DNA of 64,000 nucleotides from Callorhinchus milii (taxonomy: Eukaryota), in the NCBI RefSeq assembly GCF_018977255.1, contig NW_024704742.1:102054001-102118000 (forward strand). Reading direction: 5' to 3'. Below are positions 1 to 12,039 of this stretch, piece after piece. The translations under genes and the position numbers were made by a program. Below the pieces are notes generated by a model that did no database searches, had not been told where the DNA came from, and saw nothing but the letters and a program-made list of their open reading frames with translations. Numbering within the stretch: the first letter of the stretch is position 1; each line of letters begins with the position of its first letter.

Positions 1-110
1 TCAACACCAGAATGTCAACCTAGACTATTAGTTCAAAGTCTTGATCTAAGGCTTGAACCAACAAACTCCTTACTCAGAATTGAGAGTACTACCAAATGAG
101 CCTGGCTGAC
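1..110 (-). mobile_element. SINE-A (Deu-type tRNA SINE) 5' head, cut by the window edge
   Basis: Reverse complement reads gtcagccaggctcatttggtagtactctc...ggttcaagcc, the A/B-box head seen in full copies such as 23290-23742. Confidence 0.8.
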
Positions 111-1609
111 TATTCAGTAAATGACTATTCTAGGTTTATGGAGAGTGTGGTAATGCAAACTTGACCCGATTTTTTTACCTATTAGGGTCTAAAATGCGAT
201 AGTTGCAAATTGATTTTGACACATTATTTACATATTGGATTCTCAAATTTGCAGGGAGATTCATGAACAAACTGTTTCACTCTGAAATTTTTTTGAATTT
301 TTCTGGCTGATAAATTGCGATTCACCATTCAGGTTTCTCACAATCCAAGATTTGGAAATACGAAGTCACAATAAATGCAATGAATACTTTGCTGCATTTT
401 ATGTCCCACTGAGAAGCAGAGCTCTCATAAGGAACTAGTGTTTAATTAAATGTCTAGGCAATTTAAGTCTAAAATATACAGGATCAAAAGGTTGTGATAT
501 GTATAATAAAAGTAGTATAAGAACTTAAGGTCCTGGATGTTGCAGGTCTGTGTCTCCTGAGAGCCATACTGACTTGTTTCATATAAGGAACACTTATCCG
601 TACTGAATGAATCATTTTTAAAATAAAACTGGATCCAACTTAAACTCAGCTCTTTAGAGATGATGAGAATTGCATTAGGCCACAGTATTAGCTATCCGTA
701 CCACTTATCATTCCCATTGTATTTTAAGCTTTGGAGTTTTCAGACAGGAATCAAAGTAGGAATTAAAGAACTTATCTCTTCCTTGGTATGAATTAAACAC
801 CAGCATATGAAAGATTTGCACTTGTGTCATTTGCATTAATATTACCATTAATATTAACATTTAGGTAACAATGCAGGTCTCTGACTTTGTGTGTGGGATC
901 TATGGCTGACACTTGCACATGTGGAAACAATATGGAAAAAGTATAAGAAGCACATCTTCCAATTTATATTTGCATTGCCGTACAATAATGTAGAAAGGGA
1001 AACTTAACTTAAACTGGGATCAAGCCAGTCATATGTCAGTCTGAATTTCAGACCTAACAAACTTTTAACGTAATTGGGTTGTTTGTGTTATATCTTGATT
1101 GATTTCTTAATTAAGAAATCCGGTTGTTTGTGACTTACGGGAATGCCGTTGCAACTGAATTTATTTTCAGAGCATGGTTCCCTTGAGTTGGAGAGATGAA
1201 GAGGAAGTACTCCCAGTTACCAAAAGAAGTCTCAGCTCGCACTACTCAATTAAGAAGCATATTAACAAACACTGCACAATTGATGCCTTTGTGTAAGTGA
1301 TTGAGCTTTTTTTCAGAATACTTTTTGGAAAACCATTTGTTTTTAAGCCAAACAAACACTTTATGAGCTGAGGCTTGAATATGATTGTTGAGCAGGAATA
1401 ACCAATGTACTTTAACCAGGCCAATTTGTAACATGAGAAACTATAGTGTGCAGTAAACCTTATGAAATAGTGGATTATATATACAATAGAACCAATCACA
1501 TTAGGGACAGAGCCCAGGTAACAGCAACTCTGAGGAGATCACGTTTCACTTACATCTGCGTATTTTCAGTACAAAGCAGCTTCAGTCAAAATTAGTTTCC
1601 TTGCCCCAC

Positions 1610-1730
1610 CTATAATAATAAATAGTAATAATTCTTGCATTTGATATGGCGTCTTATCACGTCTTCACGACGTCTCAAAGCGCTTCACAGAATATACTGC
1701 AAACTGAATTGACTGTATATTTTGTGGACA
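1610..1730 (-). mobile_element. 5'-truncated SINE 3' tail fragment
   Basis: (aat)n + cttgcatttgatatggcgtcttatcacgtc...caaagcgcttcacag, the tail shared by SINE-A and SINE-B. Confidence 0.8.
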
Positions 1731-3114
1731 CCTATTCTGAGCCTCCATTTTGTCATCAGTCCTTTGTCTTAAAGATGTTGATGTGTAATACCTCAGGACT
1801 CAACCAAACATTCTCAATCTCCTGTAAACCGATCATATAATAATGAATGAATGTTATCTCTGTTTCTAAAATAAACTTGGGTTTTGTTGGTTGAGGGCAG
1901 GTTTGGGTTCAACTTTGATGCCTTTCGTGATAATCCTTATGAAGCTGATACATAGGAATTGGTCATTCAGCTGATTGATCCTCATCCACTAGTTTATTAG
2001 ATAACGGTGGAATTTTTACACATGGAAAATGACGACTAAAGTAAGATATTGGAGAATTTGGATTATTGTGGAGAGGAGATGAGAGAAGATTATTTGGGAA
2101 GAGGAAGCTTCTTTCACATTTCATTAGGACTGTGTGACTGTTCATTTTATGACACTTGACAAGAATCCCTTGAGATCAATTTTTTTTGATATAAATGATG
2201 CATAAGAATTGATCTTAGGATTTTACTGTAACAGATCATTAGCAACAAGAGAATGACAGAATGACGCATTGTTTTTCCAAGTTGCCATACTCACTGCATT
2301 TCCTCTGGTTGTACAGCACTGTTTGTGCACTGAAGCTATGTACAAATAAGGGCATTTAAATTCAGGTATAAGTACCTACAAATTGACACTTATCAAATGT
2401 GTTCCTGACATGGTTTATTTATAGTTTTTTAAGGAATATAATAATTTCTTCTGAAAAAGCAAAGTGTCTTCCAATGCCTGAAACTGAGTGCAACACCAGA
2501 GCTGAGACAGCTAAGGTGACATGAACAAAGGGGGAATCTCAATAGATATTGAGAGCCTTATTTTGCAATGCATAAAAGGAAGCTAATAGAGTATGTTACT
2601 TAATATAGCCATATTTTACTGCGGTAAATTACACTTTAAGAGATGCTGAACATGAATTGCAGCCTCACAGCAATTAGGCCTATTGAAGCTCCCAGTTCTT
2701 GTAAATTTGTACCTTATGTGAATTTGCTGCTGATTTGCAGTAAAATTGTAATGCAGAACAAGCACAGTTGAGGCTGTTTCTGATAAAGAGAAGCAATTAA
2801 AAGGCTCAGTCAAACTCTACAAAGAAGTTTGGCAAATTCTGCACTTTTTTTTATCCTCATGACATCTGTGGAGACATTTAATGGTATCTGCAGGGCAATA
2901 GCCCTATACAAATTATTCTTTAATAAAATAGGCACACCACGTTTTCTAAATAATATGAAACATATGGATTTTTTGGGGAAAAAAAACTACTGGAGTAATT
3001 CATGAACCGTCACATTCATCCAATTCAGCAATTGGATATCACAGCTGGCAAACACGCTTTTCATTCAAACTGTAATGCCATGTTTTAATGTGACAGTGTT
3101 TGGCTAATGCACAT

Positions 3115-3495
3115 GCCCCTGACTGTTAAAGTGGTTAGAGTACTCGCCTTGCAAGCAAAAGATTTGGGTTCAATTCCTGACAGGACGAAACCTTGGGCAA
3201 GTTTCCTTACTCCACACGCCACTGTTTACCTAGCAGTAAGTAAAAGTAAGTAAAAACCTGGTTGTTAGTCGATTGGCGGATCGCTTTTCCAGGGGTAATA
3301 ATTCCTTAAAAAAAAAATTTGGTCACTCAATCCACGACTATTTGTGGGACACTGCTGTGCCCAATTGGCTGCTGCTACCCACAAAATATACAATTAATTC
3401 ACTTTACAGTATATTCTGTGAAGCGCTTTGAGACATCTCAAAGATGTGATAAGGCACTATATCAAATGCAAGGATTATTATTATATTATTATTAA
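3115..3495 (+). mobile_element. SINE-B, long form (tRNA-Ala-like head + ctgtttacctagcagtaag block + Deu-SINE 3' half + L2-like tail)
   Basis: gtggttagagtactcgccttgcaagc head; ccttgggcaagtttccttactccacacgccactgtttacctagcagtaag; tail atatcaaatgcaaggattattatt. Confidence 0.85.
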
Positions 3496-3544
3496 CTACC
3501 ATCTTATGACCTGGAAGTGGACTTTTGACATTGCATTACTAAGA

Positions 3545-3680
3545 ATTACATTGGACATTACAGCACACAAACAGGCCATTTGGCCCAACTAGTTCTAAGC
3601 CATGTTTATATTCACCATGATCCTGCACTCCTCCTAAACCCTATCCCCCATGTATGCCTCTTTTCATGGGATGCACTAAT
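3545..3680 (-). mobile_element. CR1 LINE 3'-end fragment
   Basis: acagcacacaaacaggccatttggccc is the reverse complement of a shark-type CR1 3' terminus. Confidence 0.55.
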
Positions 3681-3819
3681 GTGGTGTTACAGAGTACCAG
3701 TCATGAAATGCATTTTTATTTGGGAGATTGTTGACGAGGACATTGGGAAAAACTCTCTTCTCTTTTTCAAAACTGCAATGGGATAATTAATGTTCTATTT
3801 CGCCTAGTCTAGGACATCA

Positions 3820-4823
3820 CCATCTTGGTGACATCATCCGCATACATGGGGGTCAATTTCCACATGTATGCGGATGACACCCAACTCTACTCTCTGCCTC
3901 CACCCTTGACTCCAGGACCACTGCTGTCCTGAGAGAATGTCTGTCGAACATCAAGTCTTAGATGAGAGCTAACTTTCTTTAATTGAATGTCAACAAGACC
4001 GAGGCTCTCCTAATTGGCTCCCATCAGCCCTCCACACCTCAGGTGCTGACAGCATCACTATCCAGGGTTGCACACTCCACCTTACTAAGCAAGTCCAGAA
4101 CCTTGGCATCTTGTTTGATCCTCAACTATCCTTTCTACCCCACATCTGCGCCATGACCCACTCTGCCTTCCTCCATAACATCGCCCAGCTTCCATTACAT
4201 CGAGGCTTGACTCTGCAAATTGCTTGCTTGTCAGCCCCCCCAACTCCTCCCTCCATAGGCTGCAGATCATCCAAAACTCTACAAACTGTGTCTTCTCCCT
4301 CACCAGGTTCAGCAACTCTATCACCCCATTCTCCCCAACTCCACTGGCTTCCCATCACACAGAGGATACAGTTCAAGATCTTGGTCCTCACCTTCAAAGC
4401 CTTCCATGGTCTTGCTCCCCCCTACCTCTGCGACCTCTTAACCCTCCACCATCCTGCTCGCTCCCTCCACTCAGCGGGCTCCGGCCTGCTTCACGTCCCC
4501 CGCCTTGCCCGCCCCACTATTGGCATGCAAGCCTTCTGCCACTCTGCCTCCACCCTCTGGAACTCCATCCCGCAGTCCCTCCACCTCGCCCTCTCTGTTG
4601 CTATCTTCAAGACCCATGTCAAGACCTTCCTCTTTGACCGTGCGCTCGATCCCCCTGCATCCCCCCTGCCTCTACCCTCTCCGACCCCAAGTTCAGGTCC
4701 GAAACTCTGTCTGTCCAATGGCTTGGGATGTCTTCCCGATGTGAAAGGCACTATACAAATGTAATTTTGCTGTTGTTGTTATTGTTGTGATAGGCGCGAT
4801 ACAAATGTAATCTTGTTGTTGTT
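3820..4823 (+). mobile_element. LINE2, 5'-truncated decayed ORF2 (RT C-terminal half) with 3' tail
   Basis: tatgcggatgac (YADD) at 3867; ORF 4111-4764 contains QLHWLPITQRIQFKILVLTFKAFHGLAPPYL and LWNSIP; (TGT)n tail. Confidence 0.95.
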
Positions 4824-4825
4824 TG

Positions 4826-4892
4826 ATTCTGAGCCATGTATACCAGGAAGGTGTCAGGTTCAAATCCTGCTCTGAATTGACTGATCTAGGAT
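4826..4892 (+). mobile_element. LF-SINE-like tRNA head remnant
   Basis: ctgagccatgtataccaggaaggtgtcaggttcaaatcc resembles the heads of the minus-strand copies at 18590-18880 and 60100-60420. Confidence 0.45.
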
Positions 4893-5004
4893 TCAATGCC
4901 CCGAGTGACTCAATGACACATTATGGTACAATGTGCAGCTTATATTGTACATATACTTTTTCTTCATATTTTTATATATTATGTGTTTGTTCATAATAAG
5001 CCAA

Positions 5005-5170
5005 AACATTCGTCCAACATCCACCTGAACAGGCAGATAGGACATCAGTTTACCATCTCATCTGAAGGACAGCACACGCCCAGCTACAAATTGCAGTATT
5101 AGCCTAGCCTATATAAGTTCAAATTCCCAACATAGGGATTGAACCCACAACCTTCTGATTCAGAAGCAAA
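5005..5170 (-). mobile_element. SINE-A 5' fragment
   Basis: acatccacctgaacaggcag...catctcatctgaagga...tgaacccacaaccttctgattcag. Confidence 0.8.
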
Positions 5171-5349
5171 ATAATAATAATTGTAAGCACTAGTAAGTGT
5201 TATTTATTTCTTTATTTTAAAGGTAAGAAGAATAGGTTTCTTATTCAAGCAAGCGATTTTGAATGTCAGCTATTTTAGAAGCCAGCTGCAGAGAGAGAAA
5301 ATCTATAAAAAACATTCCAAATTTGTTTTTACACCTGTATATGGAATTT

Positions 5350-5752
5350 GGTGGTGCAGATTGGAAGGACCTCTCAAACCGCTTCACAGGATATATTGTA
5401 AAGGGTAGTGACTGTGTATGTTGTAGGCAAACATGGCCAGCCAATTTGCACAGACTAATGTCCCACGCATAGCCATGGAGTGCATGACCAATTTTCTTTT
5501 GGGGGATTGGTGTCTAGGAGAAACTCCTCTTTTCAAAAGGATCCTTGGAATCTTTAATACCCGCCTGGACAGGAATATGGGGCCTTGGGTTAACATCTCA
5601 TCTGAAAGATGGCACTTCCAACAATGTAGCACACCCTTAGCACTGCATTGGAGTGTCAGAAAAGACTGCGAATTGGAAAACCTGACTTGGTGCTTGAACC
5701 TACAGCCTTCTGACTCAGAGACGGGAGTGTAACCAACTGAGCCAGGCTGACA
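5350..5752 (-). mobile_element. SINE-A, near full length
   Basis: Body and head ...gaacctacagccttctgactcagagacgggagtgtaaccaactgagccaggctgaca. Confidence 0.85.
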
Positions 5753-5904
5753 GTTTTCTCATGCAAAGTTTATAGGAAAAAGCCTTTTTATGAATGGAGT
5801 GTCAAGTCCCTGGTGAAAAAGTGAAATCTACTGTTTCAATGACTGTGTTTTAGCTAACAATAAATCAATCCTTTCAAAACTAGAGAATTGGAATGCATTG
5901 TTGA

Positions 5905-6270
5905 TAGTAATAATCATCCTTGCATTTGAAAAAGTGTCTTATCATGTCTTCGAGACATCTCAAAGCACTGCACAGAACATACTATAAAGTGAATTGAGTG
6001 TATATTTTGTGGGTGAAACACGGCAACCAATTGCACACAGTAAAGTTCCACAAACACAAGTCGTGGATTGAGTGACCATATTTTTTTTTGAGGCATTATT
6101 ACCACTGGAAAAGCAATTCGCCAAACAACTAACAACTGGGTTCTTACTTACTGTTAGGTAAACAGGCGTGTGGAGTAAGGAAACTTACCCAAGGTTTTGC
6201 CCTGCTAGGAATCAAACCCAGGTACTCTTGCTTGCGAGGCGAGTGCTATAACCACTAAGCTACAGGACTA
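5905..6270 (-). mobile_element. SINE-B, long form
   Basis: Tail, then cttacttactgttaggtaaacaggcgtgtggagtaaggaaac, then head gagtgctataaccactaagctacaggac. Confidence 0.85.
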
Positions 6271-6924
6271 TTGATCCAAATAGAAAGTCTAGAAAATGAT
6301 TCTGCTTCATGATACATTTTAAGACGCTAGTTATCTCCGTTGGTAAGATTGCTAATTGTAATTGTCAGTAGTTAGCTGGTTAGAGCCTTAAGTTAAAAGC
6401 CTTTTCATACCTGGATGAATTTACTCATTCGCTCCAGATGGTGGCAGTGTTTAAAAGGGAGGGACTGGGGAGAATGGTGGAAAAACATCAATAAGATGCA
6501 TTGTGCGATTTACTTCATACTTTTATAATTCTGTTTCACTTAGGGTTGGAAGGAAAATGAACATTTTATAACATTGTCTTGATTTTATTTCAATTGTCAA
6601 ATTTAACACATACAGGGATAATTCTAGATTTCTCCAGTTTCATGGATGAGAGAGAAGAGGGATTTTCTGTACACCAATTCAGCAACAATAACATTTTATA
6701 GCACTCTTCACATGGGAAGAATAACTTAAACATATCTTAAACGTACAGCCTTAACTTGTATAAGGAGTTCAGATGATATTTTGCAAGAGCAGTTCTGAAA
6801 TTTATGTACATGAAAGATCAATCTGGTCTAAAGAATATATTCTTGTGGTTAACTCCCTCATCCTTTTAATTGAAAACAAAGTTTTGTATATTTGTATATT
6901 GGTTGCCATGCCAACTAGATGTAG

Positions 6925-7040
6925 ATTGTAGAATGTTTACAGCACAGAAGGATAGCCATTCACCCCACCATGTCTGTGCTGGTGCCAATTCTCTCGCTGG
7001 AGTAATCTGCAAAAATCTCATTCCCCTTTGGCAGGTCTGT
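6925..7040 (-). mobile_element. CR1 3'-end fragment
   Basis: tagaatgtttacagcacagaaggatagccattc...gtctgtgctgg, similar to 41812-41880. Confidence 0.5.
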
Positions 7041-7419
7041 AATGAAGAGCAGCATCCTGCAGATTACAGTTTACTGAAGAAAATAATTATAGCATTAGAA
7101 AAAGCCTGTTCATGCCAATGAGTTGCTATTCATTTTATTCTGAACTCTGTTTATTCACCCTCTCAGCATATTCCTCCAGAAATACAAATTAGTGGCTTTT
7201 TTCCTCAACTGCATCGCCACCCGATGATCTGCTTTTCAAGTAGTTGCAATTGTATCCATAAGTTAGTTGAAACTGGAGAAGTAAACTTTTTAATGTATAC
7301 AAATGACAATAAGATTTACATGGTGCTACCCACCTGAAAGGCATATATAATTGCAAGTTATTGTTGAAGATAATAATTATATTTTCATTTGATTTAGCAC
7401 CTTGTTAAAATGTCTCAGC

Positions 7420-8720
7420 TACAACAACTTGCATTTATATAGTGCTCTTCATGTGTGGTAACGTCTGGGAGCGCTTGACACGGAGCTTAACTCTGAGCGG
7501 GGGGATGTGACCATAGGCATGGTTGAAGAATAAGGTCTTCAGGGGAATCTGGACTGGCAAGGAGGAGGCAACCTAAAGGATTGAGGCAGCGAGTTCCATA
7601 TTTTTGGGGTGTAATGGCTGAAAGCACAGCTGCCAATGGTGGAGTGGAGGGAATGAAGGACATGCAGAAGGCTGGAGCCAGCTGAGGTCAAGGCAGCGGG
7701 TCATGGAGTGGGTGTAAGCAGGTCAGAGAAGTAGGAAGGTGTCAGGGCATGAAATGATCTATACATGAGTGTGAAGATCTTGAAATCAATACATTTTACT
7801 ATAGGGAGCTAATGGAGCCTGGCAAGGATTGGGGAGTTGGGTGGTCGAAGTTTAATACTGATGAGGATATGGGCAAGGATTAAGTGGATTTTATGAATGC
7901 TGGTGCTGGGGAGATTGGCAAGGAGGCCAATTGAAAAAATTGAGGTGGGAAGTGATGAATGCATGGATAATGGTTTCGGTTGCATTTAATGTGAGGTACG
8001 GTCAGAGGCAGGCATGTGGTGGAGGTGAAGGAAAACAGTCCAGGTCAGGTACAGGATGTGGGTTAGAAAGGACAGCTCAGAATCGAACCTCATGCCAAGG
8101 CTGTGGGCAGATTCAATAAGTCTGAGGGATCGACCAGGGAAGTTGAGGAGATCAAAGCTGTAGGTGAGAAGACATTGATGGAACAAGGAGTATGGTTTCC
8201 ATCTTGTCAATATTCAGCTGTAGAATGTTGGCACTCATTCAAGCCTTGATGTCTGACAAGCAAGCTGAACAAAACATCAGTGAATCTGGGGTTATGGCTG
8301 GAGGAGTAGATTTGAGTACGTCAGCGCCTTGGGACGTTCTCCCAATGTGAAAGGTGCTATACAAATATAATTTGTTGTTGTTGTCATCCACATAATTGTG
8401 GAAGTTGACCCCATGTCTGCAGCTGATGTCACCGAGAGGGAGCATATAAATAAGGAAGAGAAAGTGGCCGGGGATGGAGCCCTCGGGTATTCTGCAGATG
8501 ACCCGGAGGGTCTGAGAGGAAAAACTGTTTGCGGAGACAAATAACGACAAAGTTATATTTGTAAAGCGCCTTTCACGTCAGGAGGATGTCCTAATACCTA
8601 GGGAAAAAGCCTAAAGTGATGATAACGGTTCAAGCAGGACTTGAACAGTCCCACTAAGGTGGATGATGGACGAGTAGCGATCAAGGAAGATGGCGTGATT
8701 GACTGGCAGCAGAGAGGTCT
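7420..8720 (-). mobile_element. Old LINE2 (tail family 2) RT region, interrupted by short L2 tails at about 8321-8384 (+) and 8545-8595 (-)
   Basis: Minus-strand peptides [38 protein letters not shown] and DLSAA..NHAIFLDR; tail acaacaacttgcatttatatagtgc. Confidence 0.9.
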
Positions 8721-9095
8721 CAAGCACTTCACTGTAAAGTCTAATGATTGTGTATTTCAAGGCAAGTGTGGCAGTTGATCTACACACAGCAATGTCCCCC
8801 AAACAGCCATGAAATGGATTACCAATTTTATTTGGTTGATAGTTGGCCAAGACACCAGGAAACATTCTCTTCTCTTTCAAATAGTGCCATGGGATCTTTA
8901 ATATACACCTGAACAGGTGGATGGGACCTAGCTTCAAAGTTACATCTAAAAGACCGCCTCTCAGACAATGCAGCACTTTCCCAGTATGCATTGAAGTATC
9001 AGCCTAGACTATGTGAATTCAACATCCTGATATAGGGCTTGAACCCACAACCTTCTGTGATAGAGGTTAACCCATTACCAATGGAGCCAGGCTGC
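8720..9095 (-). mobile_element. SINE-A lacking its extreme tail
   Basis: Deu core aatagtgccatgggatctttaat...cacctgaacagg; head gaacccacaaccttctg...gagccaggctg. Confidence 0.85.
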
Positions 9096-9199
9096 AAGTA
9101 ATGTGATTTATTTACACTAGTGGCTGTCAAGGGTGAAGATGCCACCTGAGACTTTGCACAGACAACATTACTACTCTGAAATGAAAGTTTTCACACTGT

Positions 9200-9660
9200 T
9201 CGAAATGGAAAAAATGGTCAAAAATGGTTGTTTAAGAAATCATGGATTTTACTATGACAAAGGGCGGCAATGTGAACATGTGAAAATTGCCAGTCAACAT
9301 TCAAAAGAGCATATGTCCACAGCTGCAGAACAAAAAGATCTTCGATTACAAAATTAATGTAACAAGAACAGAAGAGGAATATCAAGCAAAAAAAGCCAAA
9401 GCTCATCAAAGAAACATCCCACATGATCTGAGAAGCTGATTCTACAATCTAAGGAAGAACTTCTGACAGAGTCTGCTGCTGAATTTGTTTTCCTGTCTTT
9501 GATTCTTACACCCAAGAAGATCGCATTTTCTAATGTTTTTATTCCAACAATCGACAGCAAAATCTTACAAATCTTCATCAAAGCAATACAAGTGGTGTGT
9601 TTATAATTGTTTGTGGCATTCCAAGTAAATTGAATGGTTGCTTTCTGTATTCTCCAACAG
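9200..9660 (+). pseudogene. Possible decayed hAT-like (ZNF862/PRKRIR-type) transposase N-terminal fragment
   Basis: Stop-interrupted frames give KWLFKKSWIL..TCENC..RAYVHSC..RSSITK and AEFVFLSLILTPKKIAFS, loosely like the TTF zinc finger/DUF4371 region; judged by eye only. Confidence 0.3.
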
Positions 9661-9959
9661 TTTAAATGAGATCTAAGTTAATATATTTGCAAACAAGATT
9701 CCAGGGGTGTCACGAGTGGGGCTCTGAAATGAATTGGGATGAATTAACCCTGATTTATATTTCACATTTAGTAATGTGCAGTGATTTGTGCAACATAAAA
9801 GTCCTCGGTCCCCTTAGTGCAACATAATGGATTCATAAGATCCTCTATTCAAGCTATAAATTTTTTTATCTTGCTGATTCTTTTTCTGCACAAATTATAT
9901 AATCCCTTCTCTTCCAAAGACCCCTGATTCATTTTTCCCTTCCTCTTGAGCAAACCTCC

Positions 9960-10150
9960 ACAAGTGACCCTCTGGTACCATACCTAAAAGTCTATTATTT
10001 ACGTGTGACCCTTGAAGGTAGTTGATTGGGAGGCTACTCAACCAACTGTGTGGCAGCCTTAGCACCAGGCCTGATTCTGTCCTCTGTATCCAGCTCCAAA
10101 CATCTCTAACAGGGCTCGCTGAATAATAATCAGGAGTGGGTATCTTGTCT
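9960..10150 (-). mobile_element. LF-SINE-like remnant
   Basis: ctggtaccatacc...gcctgattctgtcctc...atcaggagtggg is colinear with the reverse complement of 63230-63425. Confidence 0.45.
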
Positions 10151-10729
10151 AAATATTTTGTTCCTGAACCCAAGACAATGAGGTCAACTGCAGATTTTAT
10201 TTGGTCTTATTATATAATCAGTTTTCCAGTGATATATCACTACATAGCAATATGTATTCAGCAGCAAAGAGTAAGTACTGATACCTTTCTCCTACACATT
10301 TGAGTTTAAATGAAATGTCATTTATTGAGACATCCTGACGGCCATGGACAGTTTGTGTTTCATTCCACTGATAAAATACGCTGGCAGAATACTTCTGACT
10401 ATTTTTAAATTGGACAGGAAATCCAATTGAGTCAGGAAACAAGTGAACAACAGATCGCAGCCCCGCTTCTTGGCCAGCAGTCAGCACAGATGCTTCAGGT
10501 ATCCATATCCCCAAGCAGGAGACTGAACTGTGGGATGATCTGGTATGATAACAGCTGAGGATCATGTGCCTGGGATTAGGGTGGCTGAGATTGCTATGAC
10601 AGCTGTCCTGACAGGCACAGCCACTCAAATCCAACAGTTGGACAGCACAACGCATTTAACTCCTTCAGTCTTACCTCTGTTATCAACTCTCTCAAATCAC
10701 AGCAGATTAGTATGTGAATGCTCCAATAT

Positions 10730-11092
10730 TTTATAATAAAAATATATAATCCTTGCATTTGATGCAACAGCTTTCAGGTCATGAGGACGTCTCAAAGCGC
10801 TTCACTTGATTTACTGTAAAATGTAGTGTCTGGGTATTTTATAGGCAAATCAGCCGCCAATTTGAACACCACAATGTCCAACAAACAGCCATGAAGTGAA
10901 TCTCTTTTCTCGTTGTGACATGGGACCTTCAACAACAGGCAGACAGGACCTTGCTTTGGTGTCACCTCTAACAATGCAGCATTTCCTCAGCATTTCACTG
11001 GAGTGCCAGTCTGGAAGAAATGTGTTCAAAGTGCAGGAATTGAACCCACAGCATTTTGACTCAGAAGCAGGAGTGCTACCAACTGAGCCAGG
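10730..11092 (-). mobile_element. SINE-A with internal deletion
   Basis: Tail atccttgcatttgat through head gagtgctaccaactgagccaggc. Confidence 0.85.
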
Positions 11093-11699
11093 CTTTATTG
11101 CCTAATCATGAACTTTGTGTAATTTCTATGATATTGTGTGGTAAAATGTACAGTTGTTTTAAAGGGTTCCTTTTTTTATTCAAGGAATGTATATAGAGGT
11201 GGAGCACCCCTTCCCAGGTAAGTGGAATTGTCCCCGTGCAGCACAGTTAATGCCATTTATTTTGAACCATGCAATTTCTTTAAATGCAAATTTTACTTTA
11301 ACTGATTATCTTTGTTTAATATATATTTTCAGGGCTTGATTTGATGAAAAGGGATGAAATCTAAACTCTCTGTCTCACAGAAATAACATTGAATTGATCC
11401 CAAGGCCAGAGACAGAAATGGTGTGGGGAGAGCTGAAGGAGGAAGAGTCCACTTAGTTAGAGAGGGGTGCACTGCTTCTGGTAATTATCGAGCCTTCCTT
11501 CTTTAACACAGGGAGTGCTTTAATACACATCACCTTTGGTTTTCTCACCCAGTTTTTTCCACTGAATAAGGGAAAGGAATTTTGAGTGCTCTCCAATACC
11601 TCACCCAAGTGGCAATTCCTCATCGGTGAACTGAATTCTGGCAAGTCAAATGGAGCAAGTCAAATTGTGGTGGAGGTTTAACAGACAGAGTTGGGAGGA

Positions 11700-12030
11700 A
11701 TTCTCAAAGCGCTTTTGGATTTACTGCAAAAATTGTAATGTCTGTGTATTTTGTGGTTGAACGCACCAGCCAGTTGGTTCACAATATTCATGACATGAAT
11801 GACCACTGTTATCTGGAGGGTTTTTGACAGCTGCCAGGACACCACTAGAAACCCCCTTCTCTTTTTTAAATAGTGCCATAGGATCTTTAATGCCCACCTG
11901 AACAAACCAAGAAAACCTTGCTTGATGGTTCTCCCAGCAATGTACTGAATTGCCAACCTAGACTATGTTCAAAGTTACAATGAAGGGCTTGTACCTACAA
12001 CATTCTGACTCAGAGGCAAGAGTGCTACTG
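11700..12030 (-). mobile_element. SINE-A, diverged
   Basis: aatagtgccataggatctttaatgcccacctgaac; ttctgactcagaggcaagagtgctac. Confidence 0.8.
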
Positions 12031-12039
12031 ACACATATA

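Noticed and set aside
1171..1292. Exon-like segment ttttcag|...|gtaagt (SMVPLSWRDEEEVLP...)
   Set aside because: Peptide not recognisable and no partner exons; compatible with chance splice signals.
4111..4764. Long ORFs (4111-4764, 14072-14680, 25896-26525, 39963-40652, 42904-44186) as host genes
   Set aside because: All are L2 ORF2 fragments or their alternative frames; they are 5'-truncated and end at L2 tails.
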